Positions 22,935-32,174 of a stretch of DNA of 46,013 nucleotides are shown in pieces. The stretch spans positions 1-46,013 of the forward strand of contig PEUU01000025.1 of assembly GCA_002781185.1 (NCBI GenBank), in the 5' to 3' direction. Below the pieces are notes generated by a model that was not told the origin of the DNA, searched no databases, and worked only from the letters and a program-made list of their open reading frames with translations. Source of the stretch: Candidatus Jorgensenbacteria bacterium CG03_land_8_20_14_0_80_38_39 (GTDB taxonomy: Bacteria; Patescibacteriota; Minisyncoccia; UBA6257; GWB1-50-10). The position numbers and the translations under genes are program-made. The first letter of the stretch is position 1, and each line of letters begins with the position of its first letter.

Positions 22935-25337
22935 TTATTTAGAAAAAACTATCATTGAAGTTTTTATAACCTCATTTGTTTGGTCGCTGACAATGAGTTC
23001 AATTAAGATTTGGGATGGGAAAGCGGAAGAGCCGATTTGGTAGGAAAAATGAAAGGAATTACCCTTTAGCGGTTTGGAAGTTAAAAGTTGATGATTCCAG
23101 TAAAGTTCCAGATTTTTTAAAGGATAAGGGCTGTGAATATCCGCCTTGATATTTAACGGTGAAGAAATAAAATCGCCATTTTTTGGCAGGACATTGGAGA
23201 TGCTTAATTGGTCGGGCATTTTTGGGCCAACGGCAGCGGCTGGCTGGGGTTTTGTTTGAAAAAGACGGGGAAAATTTTCTTGAGCCCAAGCCAAAACCCC
23301 TTTTTCCCAATTTGAAAATTGGGGGTCGTTTTCAGGATTTAAAGGGAAATCTCCCAAAGGGTCATTTTTATTGACAAAATATAAAATGGAATGAATTTGG
23401 GAAATGGTTTTGCCGTCAGAAGCGGTTTTATAAATAAATTGACCATTGAGCATTGGTTTGTCAGGAAGTGGCCAGGGATCGGGTTTTTCAAATAATTCCG
23501 GCTGGTAATTTTTTAAGGCTTCTTGCCAAAAAGCGCTCCAAATTGGGACGGCGGCCAAGATGCTACCGCCTTTGCGAACCATTGGTGAGTTATCATTGTT
23601 GCCAGCCCAAACCCCGACGGTTAAAAAAGGAGTGTAACCAAAAGCCCAAGCATCGTGATAATCATTGCTCGTGCCGGTTTTTAGAGCCACGTCGTAATCC
23701 GGGAAAAAGGTTAAGTTTAAGCTGTTTTGGTATAAGGGCGCCCGCAGGTCCTTGTCGGAAAGAATTTGGTTAATTAATTTGATGGGTTGAGGGTCAAAGA
23801 CTTTGGCGGCTTGGTCCTTATAGCTTTCCAAAATCTTTCCTTGGTTGTCCTCAACCTTAAGAATCAGGGCTTGTTCGTGTTTAATACCTTCTTGGCTCAA
23901 AACACTGTAGGCCTTAACCAAGTCAATTAATTTTATCGCTCCTCCTCCTAAAACCAATGATAAACCGTATTGATTTTTGCCTTCGGAAAGGGTGCTGATG
24001 CCAAAGTGATGGAGGGTTTTAATGACGTCGTCAACGCCGACGAGGTAAAGAACCTTGACTCCCAGGACATTGATTGATTGGGCCAGGGCTTCTTGAAAAG
24101 AAATTGGTCCTCGGAATTTGTCGTCAAAATTCAGCGGCGCGTAGCTGTGAACCGGATCGCCGGTAGTATCAAATTCAGTTTGGACGTCAAAAATTTGGGT
24201 TTGCGGCGGATAACCTTTTTGAAAAGCCAAAAGATAAACAAAAGGCTTTAAAGCTGAACCGGGTTGACGTAGGCCCTGAGTGGCGACATTGAAATTTCCT
24301 TCATTTTTTATGTCAAAATAATCTTTGGACCCGACTAAAGTCAAAATTTGACCGGTCTTTGAGTCTTCGGCCACTAAAGCCGCGTTCCCCCCCTGATAAA
24401 GTTCGGCGTTTCTTTCTGCTCCTTCCTTCACCACTCTTTCGGCAATTTGTTGGAGATTCCAATCTAAGGTGGTGATGACTTTCAAACCACCGCGCTCCAC
24501 TAAATCTTCGCCGTAGCGGTTAATCAGATAATCCTTGACCGTTAAAACAAAATGAGGAGCTTTTATTAAGCCAGCGGAGGGTGGAAAAATTTTCGCTTTT
24601 TCCACTTTCGCTTGGTCAGCGGTTTTTTGGTCAATACTTTTTAAACTAACCAAACGATCAAGAATATAATTTTTCCTTTCTTCCAATTCTTTTAAATGAT
24701 TGCCCCAAGGCGAATAATAACTTGGAGCCTTTGGTAAACTGGCTAAAATAGCGGCTTCAGTCAAAGTTAAATCCTTGGCTGATTTATGAAAATAATTTTG
24801 GGCAGCCGATTCAATGCCGTAAATATTGGAACCGTAAGGAATTTGGTTAAGGTAAAATTCCAAAATTTGATCCTTAGAATAAAGGGACTCTAAACGAATG
24901 GCCAAAATTAATTCTTTAATTTTGCGAGTGAGGGTTTTTTCCGGGCTTAAAAAAACATTTTTGGCTAATTGTTGAGTGATGGTTGAGCCGCCTTGGGTGA
25001 TTCGGCCTTCTTTCAAATTCGTCCAAAGAGCTCTTAGAATTGCTTTCCAATCAAAAGCCGGCTCATTATAAAATTCAGCATTTTCGGCCGCTAGAGTTGT
25101 GATGACGACATTTTTAGGAATTTCGGAAAAATTAATAACCGTTCTTTTTTCTTGGCCGTGGATTTCGTAAAGAAGAATTTTGCCGGTTCGGTCGTAAATT
25201 TTTGTTGATTGACTCAAAAGATAATTGCCGAATTCGTTGGGCGAAGGCAGGTTTTTGACAATTGAAGAAAGGTAAATAACGACCAAGGCGGTCAGTCCGA
25301 GTATTAAAATAAAAACAAGTCCGAGAGTTTTTTTCAT
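22935..25337 (-). CDS. Class A penicillin-binding protein (PBP1A-type transglycosylase/transpeptidase)
   Basis: GT51 motifs (EDxxFYxH-like AENAEFYNEP, GGSTITQQL, RKIKE). Transpeptidase motifs SALKP, a KTG triad (LKTGTSND) and a signal-anchor. The start is taken at ATG 25337 (MKKTLGLVF). Confidence 0.9.
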   Translation of the reverse strand: MKKTLGLVFILILGLTALVVIYLSSIVKNLPSPNEFGNYLLSQSTKIYDRTGKILLYEIHGQEKRTVINFSEIPKNVVITTLAAENAEFYNEPAFDWKAILRALWTNLKEGRITQGGSTITQQLAKNVFLSPEKTLTRKIKELILAIRLESLYSKDQILEFYLNQIPYGSNIYGIESAAQNYFHKSAKDLTLTEAAILASLPKAPSYYSPWGNHLKELEERKNYILDRLVSLKSIDQKTADQAKVEKAKIFPPSAGLIKAPHFVLTVKDYLINRYGEDLVERGGLKVITTLDWNLQQIAERVVKEGAERNAELYQGGNAALVAEDSKTGQILTLVGSKDYFDIKNEGNFNVATQGLRQPGSALKPFVYLLAFQKGYPPQTQIFDVQTEFDTTGDPVHSYAPLNFDDKFRGPISFQEALAQSINVLGVKVLYLVGVDDVIKTLHHFGISTLSEGKNQYGLSLVLGGGAIKLIDLVKAYSVLSQEGIKHEQALILKVEDNQGKILESYKDQAAKVFDPQPIKLINQILSDKDLRAPLYQNSLNLTFFPDYDVALKTGTSNDYHDAWAFGYTPFLTVGVWAGNNDNSPMVRKGGSILAAVPIWSAFWQEALKNYQPELFEKPDPWPLPDKPMLNGQFIYKTASDGKTISQIHSILYFVNKNDPLGDFPLNPENDPQFSNWEKGVLAWAQENFPRLFQTKPQPAAAVGPKMPDQLSISNVLPKNGDFISSPLNIKADIHSPYPLKNLELYWNHQLLTSKPLKGNSFHFSYQIGSSAFPSQILIELIVSDQTNEVIKTSMIVFSK

Positions 25338-25359
25338 TATTGGCAATATTAAGATTAAC

Positions 25360-25398
25360 ACAAAACCCCCGGCTCGTTTAGGGATTGGGGGTTTTGTA
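25360..25398. other. GC-clamped hairpin between the acidic micro-ORF and the PBP1A gene
   Basis: acaaaaccccc-(17 nt)-gggggttttgt, an 11-bp stem. No canonical U-tract follows on the minus strand, so its function is unclear. Confidence 0.35.
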
Positions 25399-25407
25399 AA
25401 AATAAAT

Positions 25408-25578
25408 TTAAATTTCTTCGTCTATATCCGGTTCTTCTTCCTCTTCTTCTTCCTCTTCTTGAATGTCATTATCTGAATCATCGTCGGCCGGATTAGGAGA
25501 AAAATCATCGTCTTTTTTTTTCGGTTCGGTATTTAAATCTTCGTCATTTAGAAATTCATCGTCTCTTTTTTTGGCCAT
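25408..25578 (-). CDS. Highly acidic micro-protein (56 aa)
   Basis: Hand-translated: MAKKRDDEFLNDEDLNTEPKKKDDDFSPNPADDDSDNDIQEEEEEEEEEPDIDEEI. It has its own near-consensus promoter. Below the track cutoff. A low-complexity ORF could be fortuitous. Confidence 0.35.
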   Translation of the reverse strand: MAKKRDDEFLNDEDLNTEPKKKDDDFSPNPADDDSDNDIQEEEEEEEEEPDIDEEI

Positions 25579-25639
25579 AACTTATCTTTTTAATTAATGG
25601 GGCAAAGCTTTAAAAACGACCTTTTATTATTATGGACAT

Positions 25640-25667
25640 AGTATAATCAACGACTAAATTATGTCAA
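25640..25667 (-). promoter_or_regulatory. Candidate sigma-70 promoter for the acidic micro-ORF/PBP1A unit
   Basis: The minus strand reads TTGACA, a 16-nt spacer, then TATACT. The -35 overlaps the 3' end of ruvC. Confidence 0.45.
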
Positions 25668-26141
25668 CTTAATATTTTTGTAAGAAGAGCTGATGGCAAT
25701 GGCTAAGGCGTCGGTAATGTCATCAATTTTGGGAATTTGATTTTTGTTTAAGTGAAGGAAAAAACTGACCATTTTGGCTACCCCTTTTTTGTCGGCTCGA
25801 CCGTCGCCGGTAAGGGCTTTTTTTATTTCCGGCGGCGTCATTTCAATAAAAGGAATTTTTTGTTCTAAAATAGCGGCGATAATAATTCCTCGCGATTGAG
25901 CCACCTCTAAACCGGTTTTTTGATTTTTAACAAAATAAATTTTTTCTAAACCAATTAAATCAGGCCGGATTTCCCTTAAAAGTTTTTTAAAACTTTTTTG
26001 AACCGCCAAAAGCCTTTGTTCTGCGGGGTGAGAAGGAAAATTTAACAAGCCGCTTTTTAAGTAAAACAGTTGATTTTTTTCTTGACGAATTGCGCCGTAG
26101 CCGATGCGAACGCTGCCCGGGTCAATGCCCAAAATAATCAT
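25659..26141 (-). CDS. ruvC: Crossover junction endodeoxyribonuclease RuvC
   Basis: MIILGIDPGSVRIGYGAI N-terminus with the catalytic Asp; the C-terminal DDITDALAIAI motif. Confidence 0.9.
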   Translation of the reverse strand: MIILGIDPGSVRIGYGAIRQEKNQLFYLKSGLLNFPSHPAEQRLLAVQKSFKKLLREIRPDLIGLEKIYFVKNQKTGLEVAQSRGIIIAAILEQKIPFIEMTPPEIKKALTGDGRADKKGVAKMVSFFLHLNKNQIPKIDDITDALAIAISSSYKNIKLT

Positions 26142-26151
26142 TAAATTTTAT

Positions 26152-26682
26152 TTAAGCGTTAGTGAATACTTTTTGAACGTCGTCATGATTTTCTAAAATT
26201 CCAATTAAATCTTGAAGTTTCTTTTTATCTTCTTCATTAAGAGGTTGTTGAAATTTTGCCCGCCATTCGGTTTGAGTTTGGTCGGGTTCAAAATGCCAGC
26301 GGACGCTTCCGGGTTCAGCCAATTTAGTGTTATTTTCTTTAAGCAAATGTTTAATTTCGGCTATGGTCCGCTGTTTATTGTTGGTGATGATTTGAATTAA
26401 AATAGCTGTTCCGCCCGGCCCGTAAGCTTCTAAGGTTAAATCTTCCAGATTTTGAATAGCTTCATCAGCCCTTTTTACGGCTCGTTCAATGGTTTCTTGG
26501 GGGATTTGATGCTCTTTGGCTTTTTCAACGGCGGTTCTTAAACGGGGATTAAATTGAGGATTGGGTTCTAGCCGGCCGGCGGCGACAATAGCGGCTATAA
26601 GTTTGGAAAAAACCCGCCCTCTTTTTTGGTCAGTTGTTTTCTTTTTGATTTTTATTTGTTTCCAATGGCTATGACCGGCCAT
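26152..26682 (-). CDS. YebC/PmpR-family protein (short form)
   Basis: MAGHSHWKQIKIKKKTTDQKRGRVFSKL N-terminus and C-terminal DDVQKVFTN. At 176 aa it is clearly shorter than the usual ~240 aa. Confidence 0.85.
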   Translation of the reverse strand: MAGHSHWKQIKIKKKTTDQKRGRVFSKLIAAIVAAGRLEPNPQFNPRLRTAVEKAKEHQIPQETIERAVKRADEAIQNLEDLTLEAYGPGGTAILIQIITNNKQRTIAEIKHLLKENNTKLAEPGSVRWHFEPDQTQTEWRAKFQQPLNEEDKKKLQDLIGILENHDDVQKVFTNA

Positions 26683-26683
26683 A

Positions 26684-28042
26684 TTATGATTCTTTTTGAG
26701 TTATTTCCCGGCTGGGGATTAAACTATAATCTAGGGGTAAAGTGAAATAAACAGTTGTTCCGCGGCCCAAAATTGATTCAATGCCGATTTGGCCGCCATG
26801 TTGGTCAATAATATTTTTGGTTATATAAAGACCCAAGCCGCTGCCGTTGGGATTTACAGAAATGATGTTGGAGCCGCGGAAAAATTTTTGGAAAATATTT
26901 TTTAGTTCCTCGGGAGCAATGCCAAAGCCGGTATCTTCAACATTAACTTTAACAAAAGGCTGGTCCCTGATTTTTTCAATAGTAATAGTTAAACGGCCGT
27001 TTTCAGTATTATATTTAATGGCATTATCAATAATATTTGCCAAAGCCATGCCTAATTTTTGTTGGTCTATTTTTACTTTTATCGGCAGAGTCGGTTTTTC
27101 AAAGTAAACATTAAGACCGCGTTCTTTAGCTAAAGGCAGGGCTTCTCCTAAAATTATTTGGATAAAATTAATTAAATCAACTTCTTCAAATTGATAACCG
27201 AAGCGTCCTTCTTCCATTTGGGCGACATTCAACAAATCGTTAACAATTTTTAAAGCTCGAGTAGAAGCCTGAAAACCTTTCTGGACACTTTCTTTTAAGT
27301 CCGGTTTGTCCGACACATCTTTGATTAAATTTTCAAAAGTCCAATTAATGGCTGTAAGCGGCGTCCGCAATTGATGGGCAGCGACACTAACAAATTCGCT
27401 TTTTGAACGCAGGGCTGCCTTTTCTCGGGTTTGGTCATGAATGACTTTGATGAAATTTAAAGCCCGACCGTTTTTATCCAAAATGCGGCTTAAGGTGGTT
27501 TTTAATTCTAAAAGAGGATTTTCAAAATTTAAAATAACAACTTGCGGCCAGGAGTCGGTTTCGGAAATTTGTCTCAAGGAAGGCGCTAAAGAAGGGAAAA
27601 TAGTTTGAGCTAAAATGCGGAAACGGTTGTTTTTAGCTAAACTCGGCTCAATTTTTTTGCCAAGCATTTCTTCGGCTGTCAATTGAAAGATTTTTTCCGC
27701 CGCCGGATTAAATGTTTTTAAGTAAAAATCCGGGTCATAAATAACTATTCCATCTTGAAAATTCTGAATAATTGTCTGTAAAACTTGACCACTTAATTCT
27801 TTTTCCGGTTTTGATTGAACGCCCTTAAAACTATTGAAAATAGTCATCAAGGTTAAGACCATTAAAATCGGCAAGCTGATGCCAATTATTATTGGCGGTA
27901 AGTAAAAAATATCAATGATTAAAAGGACGGCAATTAAAACTATAAAAAGAATCAAAAAAACGATTGACGGCTCGCGGCCGAAAGGGTTATTTTTCCGTTT
28001 TAAAAGAGACATTGATTTAAATTTTATTCCATTTCTCCCCAA
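26684..28042 (-). CDS. Membrane-bound PAS-domain sensor histidine kinase (no adjacent response regulator)
   Basis: Two TM helices and a PAS-like region. H-box SVAAHQLRTPLTAI, N box DNAIKY, G boxes EDTGFGI and GSGLGL. An alternative start at M11 (28012) would remove the overlap with polA. Confidence 0.8.
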   Translation of the reverse strand: MGRNGIKFKSMSLLKRKNNPFGREPSIVFLILFIVLIAVLLIIDIFYLPPIIIGISLPILMVLTLMTIFNSFKGVQSKPEKELSGQVLQTIIQNFQDGIVIYDPDFYLKTFNPAAEKIFQLTAEEMLGKKIEPSLAKNNRFRILAQTIFPSLAPSLRQISETDSWPQVVILNFENPLLELKTTLSRILDKNGRALNFIKVIHDQTREKAALRSKSEFVSVAAHQLRTPLTAINWTFENLIKDVSDKPDLKESVQKGFQASTRALKIVNDLLNVAQMEEGRFGYQFEEVDLINFIQIILGEALPLAKERGLNVYFEKPTLPIKVKIDQQKLGMALANIIDNAIKYNTENGRLTITIEKIRDQPFVKVNVEDTGFGIAPEELKNIFQKFFRGSNIISVNPNGSGLGLYITKNIIDQHGGQIGIESILGRGTTVYFTLPLDYSLIPSREITQKES

Positions 28043-30495
28043 TTTTTTCCTTGTTCAGTTTCAATTTGGAGCGGAATAGATAAAGGGAAAATTTCTTCCA
28101 TTGTTTTTTTAATATGGAGTTTTGCAATTTCCAGCATATCATCTTTAATTTCAAACAGCAATTCATCATGAAGAGATAAAACCATTTTAACCTTATTTTC
28201 CCATTTCTTTTCTTGGACGTCTTTAAAAATTTTAATCATGCTCATTTTTAGGATATCAGCCCCTAAGCTTTGAATGGGCATATTAATAGCCGCCCTTTCC
28301 ATTTCTGATTGAATGCGGGGAAGGGTAGAAATAATGTCCCAAAACCACCGCCGCCGGCCGTTAAGATTTTTGATATAACCAAAAGTTCTAACCTCGGCTT
28401 TGATTTTTTCCTGCCAAATTTTAATTTTAGGAAAATGGCGGAAGTATTCTTCAATAAACTTTTTAGCCTCGGCTTCGTTTAAACCAGCGGCTTGGGCAAA
28501 AGATTTAGCGCCAATGCCGTAAATAATTCCAAAATTAAGGGTTTTACCCAATCGCCTGAGAGAGTCGGTAATTTGTTCCGGCGGCAAATGAAGCACCTCG
28601 GAAGCAGTTACTTGATGGATGTCCTGGTTTTGTTTAAAAACCTCTTTTAATTTATCGTCTTCCGACAATTCGGCTAAAAGCCGCAGTTCCAGTTGGGAAT
28701 AGTCAAAAGAAACTAAGTGCCACCCTTTTTCAGCTTCAAAAGTTTCTCTTAAGAATTTTGCCCAAACTGACTCTTGAGGAATGCTTTGAAGATTGGGTTT
28801 TTCCGAACTGAGACGGCCGGTGGAAGTGCCTGTTTGCAAAAAATGGGTATGCAGCCGGCCATCCTTGCCCAAAAGTTTTAAAATTGGTTCAACGTAGGTA
28901 TTTTTTATTTTTGTTGCCTCTCGATATTTTAAAATTAAATCAACCAAAGGATATCCATTTTTAAGTTGGTTTAAAATTGCTTCAGCCGTAGAAAAAAAGC
29001 CGCTGGCGGTTTTTCTACTTTTGGGGAATTGAATTTTTAATTTTTCATACAAAATTTGGCTTAATTGTTTGGGCGAATTAAGGTTAAAAACCAGGCCTGT
29101 TTCTTGATAAATTTTTTGGACCAAGGATTTTGATTCCAGAAGAAGCTTTTGGCGCAGTTTTTTTAATTTTATTTGATTAATATGAACGCCTCTTTCTTCT
29201 AAAGAAAGAAGAATCTTAATTAAAGGCATTTCCACTTCCCTAAAAACATAATTTAAACCGTAACTTTCTAATTTTTGGTTTAAGAAAAAATAAAGTTCTT
29301 TTAAAATTGACCCCCTTTCGCTTTCTTGGAAATTTTTTTGCAAAAAGCGTTGGTAGAGGATATCCAGGGAATAATTTTCTTGTCCCGAGTCAATAAGCCA
29401 AGCGGCTATTTTTAAATCAAACAAAGGTTCCCTAACCTCCACCTTGGCTTTTTTTAGTTCTTCCAAAAGTTTATGCCAGTCAAAAGCAATTTTTAGCCAG
29501 TTGCCGGCAAGTTTCTTTTTTAAATTTAAAGCCGTTTCCAAGTCAGAAATAATTAAAATTTGGTTTGTTTCAATTATGTCCATTGGCGCCGGCTTTGGGG
29601 ATTTTGTTTGAAAAAGAGTTTGGTTAGGCAGGGGCTGATTGATTATTCTTTTAATTAAACTTTGAAATCCCAAGAGGCCGAAATATTTGACAACCTTTTC
29701 TAGGGGCAAGCCCGGATAATCCAAAGTTTTAAGATTAATTTTAAGAGGCACTTTATCGGAGAGGACGGCTAGTTTTTTAGAAAAAAGGGCTTTTTCTTTT
29801 TGAGGAAGAATTTTTTTAGCCAAAGAATCCGCGGGGTTAATTTTTAAAAAAACATTTTCTAAGTTTTTGTATTGAGAAAGAAGCCGGCTGGCGGTTTTGG
29901 GCCCAATGCCGGAAATTCCCGGAAGGTTATCCGAAGGGTCGCCAACCAAGCCTTTGTAGTCATTAAGTTGATGAGGTTTTAAACTAAAGCGTTCAACAAC
30001 CGCCTTTTCGTTATAAGTAAATGTTTCGCTTACCCCTTTTTTAAGGAATTGAACAACCACTTTGTCTTTTTCCACTAACTGAAGAGCATCAAGATCGCCG
30101 GTTAAAATGACTATTTTGAGGTCAGGAGTTTTTTTGAATTTTTTGGCTAAAGTGGCAATAACGTCATCGGCTTCAAAGCCGGCTTTTTCAAAAGTCCTGA
30201 TGCCGAATTTTTCAAAAAGTTCGTGAGCTTTAATAATTTGGCTGATTAATTCCTTAGCCGCGGGGAGCCGGTGGGCTTTGTAACCTTCAAACATTTCTTT
30301 GCGGAAGGTTGTTTCCGGTCGGTCAAAAGCCGCGGCCAGGTAATCGGGTTTTTGTTCTTTGATGATTTTTATTAAAATGCTTGCCAGTCCGTAAAGAGCA
30401 TTAACCATTTCCCCTTGCGGCGAGGTTAAAGCCGGCAGGGCGTGGAAAGCGCGGTGAATTAAGCCGTTGGCGTCAATAAGAAGAAGAGTTTTCAT
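28024..30495 (-). CDS. polA: DNA polymerase I
   Basis: 823 aa. A 5' nuclease domain (LLIDANGLIHRAFHA, GDLDALQL, GIGPKTA). Family A polymerase motifs (DYSQLELRLLA, RRLGKTLNFGIIYG, SLHDELLFE). The central exo-like region lacks an obvious DxE ExoI motif. Confidence 0.95.
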   Translation of the reverse strand: MKTLLLIDANGLIHRAFHALPALTSPQGEMVNALYGLASILIKIIKEQKPDYLAAAFDRPETTFRKEMFEGYKAHRLPAAKELISQIIKAHELFEKFGIRTFEKAGFEADDVIATLAKKFKKTPDLKIVILTGDLDALQLVEKDKVVVQFLKKGVSETFTYNEKAVVERFSLKPHQLNDYKGLVGDPSDNLPGISGIGPKTASRLLSQYKNLENVFLKINPADSLAKKILPQKEKALFSKKLAVLSDKVPLKINLKTLDYPGLPLEKVVKYFGLLGFQSLIKRIINQPLPNQTLFQTKSPKPAPMDIIETNQILIISDLETALNLKKKLAGNWLKIAFDWHKLLEELKKAKVEVREPLFDLKIAAWLIDSGQENYSLDILYQRFLQKNFQESERGSILKELYFFLNQKLESYGLNYVFREVEMPLIKILLSLEERGVHINQIKLKKLRQKLLLESKSLVQKIYQETGLVFNLNSPKQLSQILYEKLKIQFPKSRKTASGFFSTAEAILNQLKNGYPLVDLILKYREATKIKNTYVEPILKLLGKDGRLHTHFLQTGTSTGRLSSEKPNLQSIPQESVWAKFLRETFEAEKGWHLVSFDYSQLELRLLAELSEDDKLKEVFKQNQDIHQVTASEVLHLPPEQITDSLRRLGKTLNFGIIYGIGAKSFAQAAGLNEAEAKKFIEEYFRHFPKIKIWQEKIKAEVRTFGYIKNLNGRRRWFWDIISTLPRIQSEMERAAINMPIQSLGADILKMSMIKIFKDVQEKKWENKVKMVLSLHDELLFEIKDDMLEIAKLHIKKTMEEIFPLSIPLQIETEQGKNWGEME

Positions 30496-30500
30496 AAAAA

Positions 30501-30962
30501 TTATTTATTTTTTGTTTTGATAAGAATAAGACGTTGATTGATTTCTTTTCCGTGCTGAAAAGTGAGCCAAATGGCATTTTTGGGCAGTAAATTTTTGATT
30601 TTTTCCGCCCATTCAATAAGAACAATGTTTTGGGGATTTTTAATAATTTTATCAAATTCCAAAATTTTTAAGTCTTTTCGGGAACTTGAACGATAAAAGT
30701 CAAAATGATAAAGATAGCATTTTTGAGAAGCAGAAAAAAATTTTCTCATGATGAGAAACGTCGGACTGGTAATTCTTTTTTTAATGCCGAAGCTTTTGAT
30801 AAAACCGCGGATAAAAGTTGTTTTGCCGGACCCCAATTCGCCCATCAAACCCAAGACCAAAGCTCCTTGAGAGCGAGGTTTTTTTTCTAAAATAGTTTGG
30901 ACAAAAAGGCGGGCAATTTTTTGAGTGGATTGCCAAGAAGAACTTTTTAATTTAAAACTCAT
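30501..30962 (-). CDS. tsaE: tRNA t6A37 biosynthesis ATPase TsaE
   Basis: 153 aa. P-loop GELGSGKTTFIRGF followed by SPTF and HFDFYR motifs typical of TsaE/YjeE. Confidence 0.8.
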   Translation of the reverse strand: MSFKLKSSSWQSTQKIARLFVQTILEKKPRSQGALVLGLMGELGSGKTTFIRGFIKSFGIKKRITSPTFLIMRKFFSASQKCYLYHFDFYRSSSRKDLKILEFDKIIKNPQNIVLIEWAEKIKNLLPKNAIWLTFQHGKEINQRLILIKTKNK

Positions 30963-30966
30963 TGAT

Positions 30967-31986
30967 TTAAATTAAAGCCGAGCAACGGTTAATTTTTAAA
31001 TGTTCGTAAGCCAGAGGAGTGGCTAAACGGCCGGCCGGCGTTCTTTTAAGCATTCCTAAACTCATTAAAAACGGTTCGTAAACTTCTTCAATAGTTTCAA
31101 TTTCTTCGTTTAAGGCCGCTCCTAAAGTTTTTAAACCCACTGGCCCGCCGTTGAACTTTTTTATCAAAACTTCCAAAAAATAGCGGTCGGTTTTTTCCAA
31201 ACCTTTTTCGTCAATTTCCAATAAGGTCAAAGTTTCTTGAACGGCTTTTTCATCAATAATTGACCGGCTATTTACCTGGATGTAATCGCGGCAGCGTTTT
31301 AATAAACGGTTGGCCACGCGGGGCGTAAAACGCGAGGATTGGGCCAATTTTTTGGCCGCCTTTTCAGTAATTTCCGCTTTTAAAATTTTAGCCGATCGCC
31401 TAATTATTTTTTCCAAATCCGAAGGATTGTAATAGTCAAGCTTAAAAGTGCCGCCAAAGCGGGAACGTAAAGGAGAAGAAAGTAAATTGATTTTGGTTGT
31501 CGCCGCAATTAAAGTGAAAGAGGCTAAATCTAGAGAAATGGTTCGCGCCGACGGTCCTTTGCCGATAATCAAATGCAGTTTTTGGGTTTCCATGGCCGGA
31601 TAAAGGGATTCCTCAATGGTTTTGTTAATTCGGTGAGCTTCATCAATAAAAAGGATTTCAAAGGGTTCCAAATTGCTTAAAATGGCGGCTAAATCGCCAG
31701 TTTTTTCCAAAGCCGGACCAGCTGTCGTTTTAATGTTGGCTTTCATTTCTTTGGCAATCAAGTAAGCTAGAGTGGTTTTACCCAAACCAGCTTGGCCGTA
31801 AAGCAACAGATGGTCGCAGGTTTCGTTTCTTTGTTTAGCGGCATCAATAATTAAACGCAAATTGCGTTTGACGTTTTCTTGGCCGACATAATCGTCCCAG
31901 CATTTCGGCCTGAGCATTGATTCTAAATTTTGGTCCTCAAGTTTTTTTTCCATTTTTGAAATTTGAAAGGCGTTGACAAACGTCAT
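30967..31986 (-). CDS. ruvB: Holliday junction DNA helicase RuvB
   Basis: LRPKCWDDYVGQ, Walker A GQAGLGKTTLA, Walker B LFIDEAHR and a winged-helix C-terminus. The start may be M12 (31953). Confidence 0.95.
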   Translation of the reverse strand: MTFVNAFQISKMEKKLEDQNLESMLRPKCWDDYVGQENVKRNLRLIIDAAKQRNETCDHLLLYGQAGLGKTTLAYLIAKEMKANIKTTAGPALEKTGDLAAILSNLEPFEILFIDEAHRINKTIEESLYPAMETQKLHLIIGKGPSARTISLDLASFTLIAATTKINLLSSPLRSRFGGTFKLDYYNPSDLEKIIRRSAKILKAEITEKAAKKLAQSSRFTPRVANRLLKRCRDYIQVNSRSIIDEKAVQETLTLLEIDEKGLEKTDRYFLEVLIKKFNGGPVGLKTLGAALNEEIETIEEVYEPFLMSLGMLKRTPAGRLATPLAYEHLKINRCSALI

Positions 31987-32039
31987 TAAATATGCTAAAC
32001 TACTTACAGTTAATTATAAATAAAGAATGGCTTTAATTA

Positions 32040-32170
32040 AAGACCTGGGGGTAAAGGATTTATTCTTAGTCTTAGGATGATTTGGCTTTGGCTGAATCTC
32101 TCCTCGGAATAATCCTGTTTTTCTGAGCTTTCGGAAATTTTTCAAGCCTCCATGGCTTGCCCCCAGATCT
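32040..32170. ncRNA. Candidate structured RNA or leader in the pilB-ruvB spacer
   Basis: A 188-nt spacer is unusually long for this genome. Nested complementarity: agacctggggg (32040..) pairs with cccccagatct (..32170), aggatttattc with gaataatcct, and there is a local hairpin aagcc-tccat-ggctt. No family recognised. Confidence 0.2.
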
Positions 32171-32174
32171 TTGA

